A stretch of DNA of 63,986 bases, counting the filler, from Octopus bimaculoides (Eukaryota): the NCBI RefSeq assembly GCF_001194135.2. It is 5 parts of 5 records of this genome, joined end to end, with 100 filler letters (N's around TTAATTAATTAA, not from the genome) between each part and the next. Parts side by side here need not be neighbours in the genome. Positions count along the whole stretch, not along the records: positions 1 to 22,985 come from NC_068993.1; positions 23,086 to 39,725 come from NC_068983.1; 3 more parts are not named here. One strand, 5' to 3'. Under the pieces are notes generated by a model. It was given only the letters and a program-made list of their open reading frames with translations, searched no databases and had not been told where the DNA came from. The position numbers and the translations under genes were made by a program. Each line of letters starts with the position of its first letter. Position 1 is the first letter of the stretch. Shown here in pieces: positions 13,170 through 23,833 of the stretch.

Positions 13170-13939
13170 NNNNNNNNNNNNNNNNNNNNNNNNNNNNNNN
13201 NNNNNNNNNNNNNNNNNNNNNNNNNNNNNNNNNNNNNNNNNNNNNNNNNNNNNNNNNNNNNNNNNNNNNNNNNNNNNNNNNNNNNNNNNNNNNNNNNNNN
13301 NNNNNNNNNNNNNNNNNNNNNNNNNNNNNNNNNNNNNNNNNNNNNNNNNNNNNNNNNNNNNNNNNNNNNNNNNNNNNNNNNNNNNNNNNNNNNNNNNNNN
13401 NNNNNNNNNNNNNNNNNNNNNNNNNNNNNNNNNNNNNNNNNNNNNNNNNNNNNNNNNNNNNNNNNNNNNNNNNNNNNNNNNNNNNNNNNNNNNNNNNNNN
13501 NNNNNNNNNNNNNNNNNNNNNNNNNNNNNNNNNNNNNNNNNNNNNNNNNNNNNNNNNNNNNNNNNNNNNNNNNNNNNNNNNNNNNNNNNNNNTTCTCACG
13601 CACAGCACATTTCCAAAGGTTTCGATATAAAACAAATAGTAAATGAGTATATGCATATATACGTACAGGTATGTGCATACCGACATCCACCTGTATGTAT
13701 AGGTGCATATCTGGGTACAGGACATTGCAAACAAAACGTAGACGAGAAAACACACAAGCCACATAGAGAACATTCTCGTTCATCAGCTACCCCCGTTTTA
13801 ACACCGGCGTTTCGAAGAGCTGGGTAGGATGCATCATTAAAACCGCTCTTCCCATGGACCGCAAATTAAATTTGTATACACAAATTAAACCTTGCCATGG
13901 AGGAATGTAAAGGCGGACAAATATATACATACACACATA

Positions 13940-13970
<31 letters not shown>

Positions 13971-14193
13971 TACAAAAACAGATACATATGTAAATGCATG
14001 TGTTTATATATGTGTGTATGTACATAGATTGAAAGAGAGGGAGGGAGAGAGAAAAAGTAAAATAACAGTTGCACATCCATACACTTTGTGGTTACCTGTC
14101 TTATTTATTTTTCATTTGTGCGATGCCTTCCATAGTTTTTATTTTGTTCTTTCTTCCCTTTTTTTAAAATTTTCAACACGTTTCTAATTCCAG

Positions 14194-14262
14194 AATGAAT
14201 TCAAAGTATCTGAGAAGGAGGTTAACATGAAAAAGTTTTTGACAGCGCTGAAAGAAAAAAGG
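14194..14262 (+). CDS. BCAT: BCAT coding exon: NEFKVSEKEVNMKKFLTALKEKR
   Basis: ttccag acceptor, gtaagt donor; 69 nt, phase 0 to 0. Colinear with the vertebrate EFKVSER... segment. Confidence 0.92.
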
Positions 14263-15278
14263 GTAAGTTCTATGCACACGCACAGGATTAGATATAGCAA
14301 TACTAATAACCTGATGTCAGAGTTCGTTAATCATCTGGTACACAGTGCACCTGTTCAGACAACGACGATTTGATGGAGAGAGTGGGTTAATGTGCAGCAT
14401 GAGCATTTGATCCCTATAAACAAATGATTTGTGCAAGCTGTTTGGCAAAAGCCGTTTTCGACCACTTATATTTTCATCTGTATCTCTAACATTGCACTAC
14501 ATCCAAGCACAAACAACCAGTCCACACTGTGAAGTGGTTGGCATTTGGATGGGCATCTATCTGTGAAAACCATGCTGAAACTGACCTCACCTGTGCTAGT
14601 GCCATGTAAAAAGCACTTGGTTCACTCTGTTGGGTGGCTGGTTTAGGAAGGGCATTCAAAAGTCTGGCTTAGTCACATAGTTTCACACTAATTCTACATT
14701 AAGGGTACATGTGTCTGGAATATTCAGCCACTTTGCTCAATAATTCAATTAGTAGGATATGAGGTTGATCTGAACAAATGGGTGCTCATATGTTGAAAAC
14801 AAGACCACATAAAAATATGTCTTCAATGTTTACATCATTGCAAGGTGACTGACTGGCAGAATCGTTAGCATGCTGGACACGGTGCTTAGCAGCATTCTGT
14901 TTGTTTTTACATTCTGAGTTCAAATTCTGCTAAGGCTGACTTTCCCTTCATCTTTTCGGGGTCGATAAAATAAGTACCAGTTTAACACTGGGGTCGATGA
15001 AATTGACTTACACCTAACCTGAATCTGCTGGCCTTGTGCCAAAACATGAAATCAATAATATGCTAGACTGAATGCTTGGCAGCCTTTTTGTCTGTCTTAA
15101 TGTTTTGAATTCATAATCTGCCAAGGTCGACTTTGCCTTTCATCCTTCTAGGGTTGATAAAATAAGTAATCAACTTACCCCCTCCCCCAAATTGCTGGCC
15201 TTGTGCCGAAATTTGAAACCAATATTTTCATTGTTGTATAGTGTTTGTTTCCATTTTTGTTTTGATTCTGTCTCTCAG

Positions 15279-15425
15279 ATAATAGAAGTTTTTGGTGCTG
15301 GAACTGCTTGTGTTGTCTGTCCAGTTGAAAGAATCCTGTTTAACGAAGAAAAATTTGCATTACCAACAATGGACAATGGTGCTGAGCTAACGAACCGTTT
15401 TCTGTCAACTCTCATGGATATCCAG
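15279..15425 (+). CDS. BCAT: BCAT coding exon: IIEVFGAGTACVVCPVERILFNEEKFALPTMDNGAELTNRFLSTLMDIQ
   Basis: tctctcag acceptor, gtaagc donor; 147 nt, phase 0 to 0. Has the FGxGTACVVCPV motif. Confidence 0.96.
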
Positions 15426-17097
15426 GTAAGCACTAACAATGTTCTGAGACATTTTGATTTCTTTGAAACTTTATAAATTCTGAAGAATATTCTTCAACCA
15501 TCTCTTTCATAAATGGATGACATACTGTTGAATCGGTCGAAACGCTCAACTCAGAAATTATAATTGATTGTTTAACTATTACAGTACTATAACAACACCC
15601 TGTAGAATTGCAGTGCTTGGTGACTATAGTGCTCTACTTGCAATCAAATGGTTGTGAGTTCAGTTTCTGAATGAGGCAAAATGTCTTGTCTTTGAGCAAG
15701 GCACTTCATTTTACATTGCTACAGATAAGGAGAGAAGACTAACAAGCTTTTGTTAGCCCCCCCCCCCATCACTCAGATGTAATTTTTTTTCTTTTTTCTA
15801 TAGTTTCAGCTGAAAGCTGCGGCCATGCTAATGCACTGCTGTTAAACGTAGGGAAGGACGAAATGCCGTTAAGTGGTTTGGCTGGCGTACTAATGATTCT
15901 GCCAGTTCACCTCCGTAATGTTCTCATTCCTCTAGATCGGGGATGAGAGGACCAGCAGAGGTGTTTGTGCTTTCTCGTGAATACATAGGCGAATGCATAG
16001 TACATGTTATCGACCACAAGCTGGTCCAGCCCTCTGTCACTCCAGTTGTTACATCTTCACCCTTCTATTAGGTCATAGGTAGGGCAGCTGACAGAGATAT
16101 CGATGTCTGCTCATGACTGTATAGGCACCTAAAAGAATAAGCAACAGTACGGTACACATTACCGACCAAGATCTGGTGCAAACCTCTCTCTCACTCCAGC
16201 CGTCACTTCCTTCATGTTGCACTGGGTGTTTGTATCTGGGCACCTGAAACCATTTGTGAAAGCATACTACAGCCTAGTAGGTGATAGTCACTTGTGAGTA
16301 ATAACTGATTATATTAACCTTCAACTCACTGTAGGTGCATCACATTGCCGTATTTGTTATCTCCCCTATTGCTGCAGGGTAGTGACCGGGAAAACAATTC
16401 TTGAGGAAATGCCATGTGATAAAGGTTAAAGATGGAAGGGAGATATTCTCTGCTGTTGTTAATTATTACCCCATTATTGCTATATGCAGGTGTTTATTTA
16501 TTCAGATTTCCTAATATATACAGAAAAATCGATGGGAGGGTCATGGCTGGAATGCTTTTCTCATACCACTGTGCTCAAACAGGAGCTTGCCAGGAACTAA
16601 GCAGTATGGTTGTGAATATAACTTTCAGGCAGGACACTTTTTCTAGTAATTAGATATGGTCTTACTCCAATGGAGAAGTCTTTATATAGTTAGGTGGGGG
16701 ACGAAATACCAGTTATACACTGGGGGTGATAGTATCAACAAATACTCTCCCCTCAAAATTGCTGACTTTGTGCCAAAATTTGAAACATTATTATTCATGA
16801 TGTGCATGAATATTTTACATTCAGAATCAGCGTCCATGACACCAGGGTGCAACCAGGATGGGATGGGGGCACTTGTCTTTGTGGTCAGGGTGACTATGTT
16901 TGTTGTAGGGTTCCACGAATAGCCCCGAGAGGTCTTCTCAAGCCGTCACCTTTTGGGGAATTATTCTTTGTTATATGTTACCCATTGTTTTTGTTGTAAA
17001 ACTTTGTATGTATACAAATCCCCTTGTATGTGTGTGTTTCTTGTTTCTGTATGCCCTTGCGGCCAATAATACAATTATAATTATTTTCATATTGCAG

Positions 17098-17139
17098 TTT
17101 GGCAGAGTGGAACATAAATGGTCTGAGATTGTTGAGTAA
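17098..17139 (+). CDS. BCAT: BCAT terminal coding exon: FGRVEHKWSEIVE-stop
   Basis: attgcag acceptor at 17097, TAA at 17137-17139. Resembles the BCAT C-terminal YGR...W segment. Confidence 0.88.
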   Translation, partial: FGRVEHKWSEIVE

Positions 17140-18954
17140 CAATGATGTCTACATTGAAAGCAGATTCATTGTTGTGGTAGATATTTTCCAACTAACCAAT
17201 TCTCAATCTGCAGTCTTCGTTTACTCCAATGATGTGTCCCTTGGTTTAAATAGATTGTTTTTTAATTATTGTTTCTTTTGATTACTTTCCTGGTTCTGTC
17301 ATAGAAAAAAATAACATTGCCACTGGCCTGGGCACAATTTTACTGTTACCAACTAAATTACACGCACGCATACACACCTGTCTATTTTTAAATGAAAACA
17401 GTTTTTTAATTATATTACGTGAGTCTAAGAGACACGTCCAATTAGATTAATTACACATTTTTTCACCCATAGTACATGTAATTCATTTGTTAACAAGTTA
17501 CAAAACTTATTTCACAATTGCAATTGATTACATATCAGTTTTGCTTGCTCACATTCAAAATTCTGAGTAAAAGCACTGAACTCACAGAACTGCACAAAAG
17601 ACTGCTGTTAGCTAATTATGGTTTCAATTAAATTTTTTTTTTTTATTATGCATTCATTTTTATGGGGTTTCTTTTTAGTTCCTAATTATAGTTTTGTCAC
17701 TGAAATTCAAAATATTCCCATCATGATTTTACTTTTCTGTATTAATGATGATGAAATTTAGTTTAATTGTATCCCTAGTAACACTTAACAGAAATATGCA
17801 ATGCAATATTGTGGGATATTAGATACAATATCATCTACAACAACGTAAGCTATTGTTTAGTATTCCTTCTTTCTGTGTGTATAAAGACATGAAACAACAG
17901 CAAATCATATGCCTACAGATATTAAGCAAAATGCAAAAGAATTTTGTGCAGTTTCTATACTTATCATGAAAGAGCACGTCAACACATTGGTCGTTTGCTT
18001 ACGCAATTAATAATACGTGACATTAGGGTAAAGGAGTTGCTCTTTGCTTGATTAATTACATATAATTTAATATTCAAATTAAGTAACGATGATCAGTAAA
18101 TTCACATCCACTGATTTTTACCTCCTCTTTTTAAAACTTATTGTTCACCTGAATTGTTCTCGACTTATTTTTACATATATATTGACAAACTTAACTAATT
18201 TTTACTTCACATAAGTGAACTTCTTGTCTTCATTTTATTTATCCTCTTTTTCTATCAAAAATGTTGTCCACATAATCCAAATTCCAGTAGAACAAACAGC
18301 CAAGGAGTAAAAGACTTTCCTAAGCCATTTTATGTCTTCGATATGTAAAGGTACTGTCAGTTTTAGTCTTCCAGCATTGCTTTGTTTAATAATAGAAATA
18401 TCATGTTATTTCTAAATACACCGCTGAACCAAAGTGTTACAAACTTGTTCCGCATGATTATTCAAAGATGGTTGAGGAATAACACCAAATATGTCCATTT
18501 GTTCATTTATGCAAAGAAAAAAAAAATCATGAAACATCTCCATTTCTTTCAACCCCACCCCCTACCCCCACTTACCTCCATATTCCAATCAGTGTCACAT
18601 ATCAAATATTGATCTCTTTTGAACCAAAGGTTAGTGGTTATCATTGGTATTTCAGAAATTAGGGCTAGGTTTAAAAACTTATATTATGTGTTTCCAAACA
18701 TTATTGAAGAATAGCTTGGTTTTGTTGTTTGTTTTTGTCAAAATCCACAAAAAAACAAAAAAAAAAAGTCTCCTGATAAGATATAAATTTTTTCTGCTGA
18801 TAAAAAGGAATCAAGATCCTTTGAGAGTTCTTGAGGCCTTATTTTCGAAGTAGTATTTTTTTATATTTTCTGATAAGATGAAGGTAGTGTGGTGTTGACA
18901 GTGATCAAAATAGCTTGGAAACAAAGCATCAAGTAATATATATATATATATATA

Positions 18955-20152
18955 TCAGGCTGAGTAAAATGTTAGCAACGTTTTGAAACACAAAATTCAC
19001 CACAATAATGTGGAAATTTTATTCATCAAAGTACCATTACAATCAACACATTCTTGCCAACAAGTTTCGAGTTTGTTTATTTTGGTAACATAAAAATCTG
19101 AAGTACTGGAGATGATGAAATGCATTTTCAGCATCGATTTGATTTTTGAACTCCTTCTCTCAAAGGAAATCATCAAAGTGCTTGAAAAAGTGGTAGTCAG
19201 TAGGAGAAAGGTCTGGGGAATAAGCTGTGTGGGGAAGAACTTCGTAGCCAATTTCCCTCAACTTCTGGAGCATCATTAGTGAAACGTGTGGTCGAGCATT
19301 GTCATGAAGAATGATTGGCCCTCTTCTGTTGACCAGAGGAGCAGCAGTTTTTCATTCATTTTGGCAGTATGTTTCTACAGTAACAGTTTTTCCAGGTTTT
19401 ATAGTGGATGAGTCCAGCAGTACACCACCAAATGGTCACTATAACCTTCTTTTTGAAGAGCTCGGGTTTAGGGAAGGTTTTTGGTACTTCATTTTAGTCG
19501 AACCACTGCGAAGAACGATTTTTACTATTGTTATATGGTTGAGAAATGGATCAGTCTGGTTACAAAGTAGAAGCGACAAGCAAATTTCATATCTGTGCAT
19601 TTTGTGATTTTCATCCAAATCATGTGGTACCCATTGTCGAATTTTATCGATTTTCTGAGCACAGTTTTCTGGCTAACTTGAAGTGCTGTTGCCAGTTCTC
19701 GAGTGGCTTTACGTGGATCTTTCTCAATGACAGTCTTTAATTGACCGTCATCGATGACAGATGGGCGTCCATTACGCTTACGATCTTCAAGGCTCAGGTC
19801 TCCACTGTTAAATTGTTTAAACCATTTTTGAGCTGACTACTCACTGGAAACATTTGAATGAAACTACAATGAAATATTTCCTCACCAAACGTTTCATTGA
19901 TATTGCGAGCAGTTTCAGCTGCTTTATGTCCTTTTTTGAAGTTGAATAGCAAAATGGCTTGAATATCGCACTTTGAGAGTTCCATTTCAAATGATTGTAA
20001 CAACGGTGAAAAAAAATATCAATGTTAATTTATTGATGCATTTGAGCATGTCTATGTTTGTATTATCAGACACTTAGAAAAAAGATTCAAAACTGTGAAA
20101 ATCTGGTACAGATTCATGGTTCAAAACATTGCTTGCTTTTTACTAAACCTGA
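18955..20152 (-). mobile_element. Decayed full-length mariner transposon
   Basis: TIRs tcaggctgagtaaaatgttagcaacgttttgaa / ttcaaaacattgcttgctttttactaaacctga within TA context. N-terminus AILLFNFKKGHKAAETARNINETFG; C-terminus INKLETCWQECVDCNG. Confidence 0.9.
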
Positions 20153-20212
20153 TATATATATATATACATACACACACATATATTTATATACACACATGCA
20201 CATATTTATATT

Positions 20213-20245
<33 letters not shown>

Positions 20246-20321
20246 CTGTAAATATATGTGACACTTATTCAGTAGCCATGATAAAACTCCGAGTTTTTTT
20301 CACAGGAATTTTCAATGGCTG

Positions 20322-20383
20322 GATAACTGAAGAGATGTTGGTGTGGACCTCCCACCCTGGCATCCGAAACTCGGAGTTTTATC
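20322..20383 (+). ncRNA. Type I hammerhead ribozyme motif
   Basis: GATAA-CTGAAGA-GATGTTGGTGTGG(acctc)CCACCCTGGCATC-C-GAAA-CTCGGAG-T-T^TTATC. 13-bp stem II (3 GU, 1 mismatch), stem III ACTC-G-GAGT. Confidence 0.8.
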
Positions 20384-20529
20384 ACGGCTACTGAATAAGT
20401 GTCACATATTTTTACAGATAAATTCCTCTATTTGCATAATATCGAGAANNNNNNNNNNATAAGTGTCACATATTTTTACAGATAAATTCCTCTATTTGCA
20501 TAATATCGAGAATGTGTGTGTGTATATAT

Positions 20530-20940
20530 AAATATCTTCTCTGCCCATTGTTCCTGGGAGGGTCATATGTGTAGAGTCCTCAGGCAGCTTGTCTTCCATA
20601 GGGTCCTGCAAGAACCATCCATTAGACTTTCCAGCTGGATTCCCAAGTGTGTTCAACTAAGACTTAGTGTATTATGCAGCCATCTCATTCTTGCTCTACT
20701 CTGAAGTATCCTGCTGGTTAGCTCGGCTTGCAGAATCTGTCTTGTGATTCTTTCCAGCAACATCCTGATCACTGTGACCACTGAATGGGAAGAAGTTTTG
20801 GCTTAACCTGAAGAGACCCTTCAAAAGAACCCCATTTCAGCCACTTATATTTGCAATCGTACTCTTTCAGTCGTTATCCAACACTCACGACCATAGGCAA
20901 AGATAGGCACAATGAAAACCAAATGAAAGATAATGGTGAG
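20530..20940 (-). mobile_element. Decayed RTE-clade LINE 3' fragment
   Basis: Minus strand PIFAYGRECWITTERVRLQI*VAEMGF resembles the RTE/Rex3 LTYGHECWVMTERVRSRVQAAEMGF segment. Ends approximate. Confidence 0.7.
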
Positions 20941-21059
20941 TTTGGCACTTTCATCAACCTTTCCCCTTCTGTTGATCAAATGCAGGAGCTGGCACTTGTA
21001 TATGTAAGTATAGATATGTATGTAGATGTGTGTAACATGACCGACCATCCCCAAATATG

Positions 21060-21129
<70 letters not shown>

Positions 21130-21218
21130 GTGATTTTGAACATTCAGACTCAACTCCACAGACTGCTTTTGGCAACCTTAAACAATACATATAGAGATAG
21201 ATAAGATAGCTATACATA

Positions 21219-21440
21219 TGAGGGGGTGCTGAGAAGTTTCTGGCTTTGGGTAAAAGAAAATACAAGAGGATCAGTTAATTATGGTTCTATTGAGCATATT
21301 CCCCTCTCAGATTCACAAGGTTATTGCAGTGGTCCTTCAGTTTTTTTCTAATCCCTGTAAAAAAGAAATCAGAAAGGTTGGGCTTCCAATCAGGTCTTTT
21401 GTGATACCCTTAAAGCCAGGAACTTTTCAGCATCCTCTCA
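21219..21440. mobile_element. Mariner-type MITE
   Basis: TA-TGAGGGGGTGCTGAGAAGTTTCTGGCTTT ... AAAGCCAGGAACTTTTCAGCATCCTCTCA-TA. Confidence 0.85.
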
Positions 21441-22124
21441 TACATTCTAAAGCAGAATTAAATGGAAAGCTATAGCACTTGCAATGTTCTGACAGTTACC
21501 TTCTGAAGTATTTCATGTTGAATGGACAATGACTAATATATATATTTTCTCCACATACACTATTTTTGAAACGCGTGTTTAATAGTTTTATTTTGCCCCG
21601 CCCCCTTTTGTTTTTGCACATTCTGATTTTACCTCAGGAATATCAAAACTTTTTTTAGAGAATATGAATCTCATTTCAATTGCTTCTTTTACAATATGAT
21701 TTTGAACATTCAGACTCAACTCCACAGACTGCTTTTGGCAACTTTAGTTGAAACATTTTATTTTTGATTCTTTATTTTGCCACTCACTTTCCTTTTTATT
21801 TTTTTATTTTTTTTGTATTTAAAACGGATTTTTAATAAATAATTGGATAAAATGAAAACAACTGTCCTGTCTTTCTTGGAAAGAAAAAGAATCTTTGCAT
21901 GTATAAGCACACATAATATGAGAGGTTTTGGAAATCTAGAATACCCAAAATGTAGGTAAGGCTATGTAAGTGCTACAGGAGTACCACTTTTAGACTCCTG
22001 GATCGATAATAGTATGAGTGAAGAATCTAACACGGGTCATATGTGAGCATGTATACGTTAAATAAAATGAGACAACAAAGCCAAGGCGATGTGAAATTTC
22101 TAGGACATTTATAAAAAGAGAGGT

Positions 22125-22174
22125 AGTCTTACAGTTGTTTCAGAGATATGAAGGATATTCCATCATCAGAGACG
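22125..22174 (-). ncRNA. Type I hammerhead motif, slightly decayed (left arm of palindrome)
   Basis: Minus strand CGTCT-CTGATGA-T-GGAATAT(ccttc)ATATCTC-T-GAAA-CAACTG-T-A^AGACT. Confidence 0.75.
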
Positions 22175-22346
22175 ATATGACATAGTTAGATAGAAGGAAA
22201 TAGTAAAGTTCAGTATAAGAAGTTATTTTGGAAAGGGAGATGTATAAAGGGAAATATAAGAATAAAAATATATGTTGGATGTTACATCCAACTTGTATTT
22301 TTATTTTTATTTTTCTCATTTTTCCTTCTATTTAACTCTCTTATAT

Positions 22347-22397
22347 AGTCTCTGATGATGAGATATCCTACATATCTCTGAAACAGCTGTAAGACTA
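22347..22397 (+). ncRNA. Type I hammerhead ribozyme motif, intact (right arm of palindrome)
   Basis: AGTCT-CTGATGA-T-GAGATAT(ccctac)ATATCTC-T-GAAA-CAGCTG-T-A^AGACT. Perfect stem I (5 bp) and stem II (7 bp), palindromic ACAGCTGT. Confidence 0.88.
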
Positions 22398-23323
22398 CCT
22401 TTCGCTTTATAAATGTTCTAGAAATTTTACACTCCTTTGGCTTTGTTGTCTCATTTTATTTAACGTATATATATATGAATTTTCTATCACAGAACAGTAC
22501 ATGTTTATATATATATATTCTTTTACTTGTTTCAGTCATTTGATTGCTGCCATGCTGGACCACTGCCTCTAGTCGAACAAATCGATCCCAACACTTATTC
22601 CTTGTAAGCCAATTACTTACTCTATCTGTCTTTCGACAAACTGCTAAGATACGGGACATAAACACACCAACATTGTGGTTGTTAAGCGACGGTGTGGGCA
22701 ACAAACATATACATATACGACGGGCTTCTTTCAGTTTCTATCTACCAAATCCACTTACAAGGCCTTGGTTGGCCCAGGGCTATAGTAAAAGACACTTGCC
22801 TAAGGTGCCATAGAGTGGGACTGAACCCAGAACCATGTGGTTGGGAAGCAAGCTTCTTGCCACATCTGAGTCTATATATATGGGCGAATGGTTAAAATCA
22901 CATTGTAACCACAAGTTCCTGGGCTCCATCCCACTACAGAGACATGTTATTTTCAATAACCTTTGGGTAAACAGAAACTGTATGGNNNNNNNNNNNNNNN
23001 NNNNNNNNNNNNNNNNNNNNNNNNNNNNNTTAATTAATTAANNNNNNNNNNNNNNNNNNNNNNNNNNNNNNNNNNNNNNNNNNNNATATATATATATATA
23101 TACATATTTATATATGCATGTTTACACACACAGACATATATATAGATGAATATATACATATATATCTTTTTATATATGTATATATAGGAATATATCAATA
23201 TGTATGTATGCGTGTGTATACATATATATACATATATGCATATATATATATGTATGTATATATGTTTATATATATGTATGTATGTATAGATATATGTGTA
23301 TATATATCTATATACATACACAC

Positions 23324-23382
<59 letters not shown>

Positions 23383-23756
23383 NNNNNNNNNNTACATATA
23401 TACATATATATATATATATATATACATATATATACATATACATATATACATACATATATACATATATATATATATACATATATACATATATATATATATA
23501 CATATATACATACCTACATATATACATACACACACCCACACACACACACATATATATATATATATACATATATACATATATATATACATATATACAAATA
23601 TATATACACACATACATATACGTGTGTGTGTCTATGCATGCATGTATATATATACACACATACACACTGCAAAAAGGACTTAACTTTTCATTTTATGATT
23701 ATGATTATATGATTAGTTTTATGTCTATATGATTATGCGCATTCATATGCATGTAC

Positions 23757-23833
<77 letters not shown>

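Noticed and set aside
15474-15551. CTGAAGA...long hairpin...GTCGAAACGCTC just after a BCAT exon
   Set aside because: Base of stem II does not pair and stems I and III are broken; at best a very old relic.
18232-18400. ~55-codon open minus-strand frame ending in a hydrophobic stretch (…VFYSLAVCSTGIWIMWTTFLIEKRG-stop)
   Set aside because: No start codon or in-frame acceptor and no recognised homology; probably chance.
20459-20512. Direct repeat of 20395-20448
   Set aside because: Identical overlap on either side of a 10-N gap; contig-join artefact.
23030-23041. TTAATTAATTAA islands inside N runs (also near 39770, 44469, 60674)
   Set aside because: Identical 12-mer with stops in all frames, embedded in gaps: a scaffolding linker, not biology.
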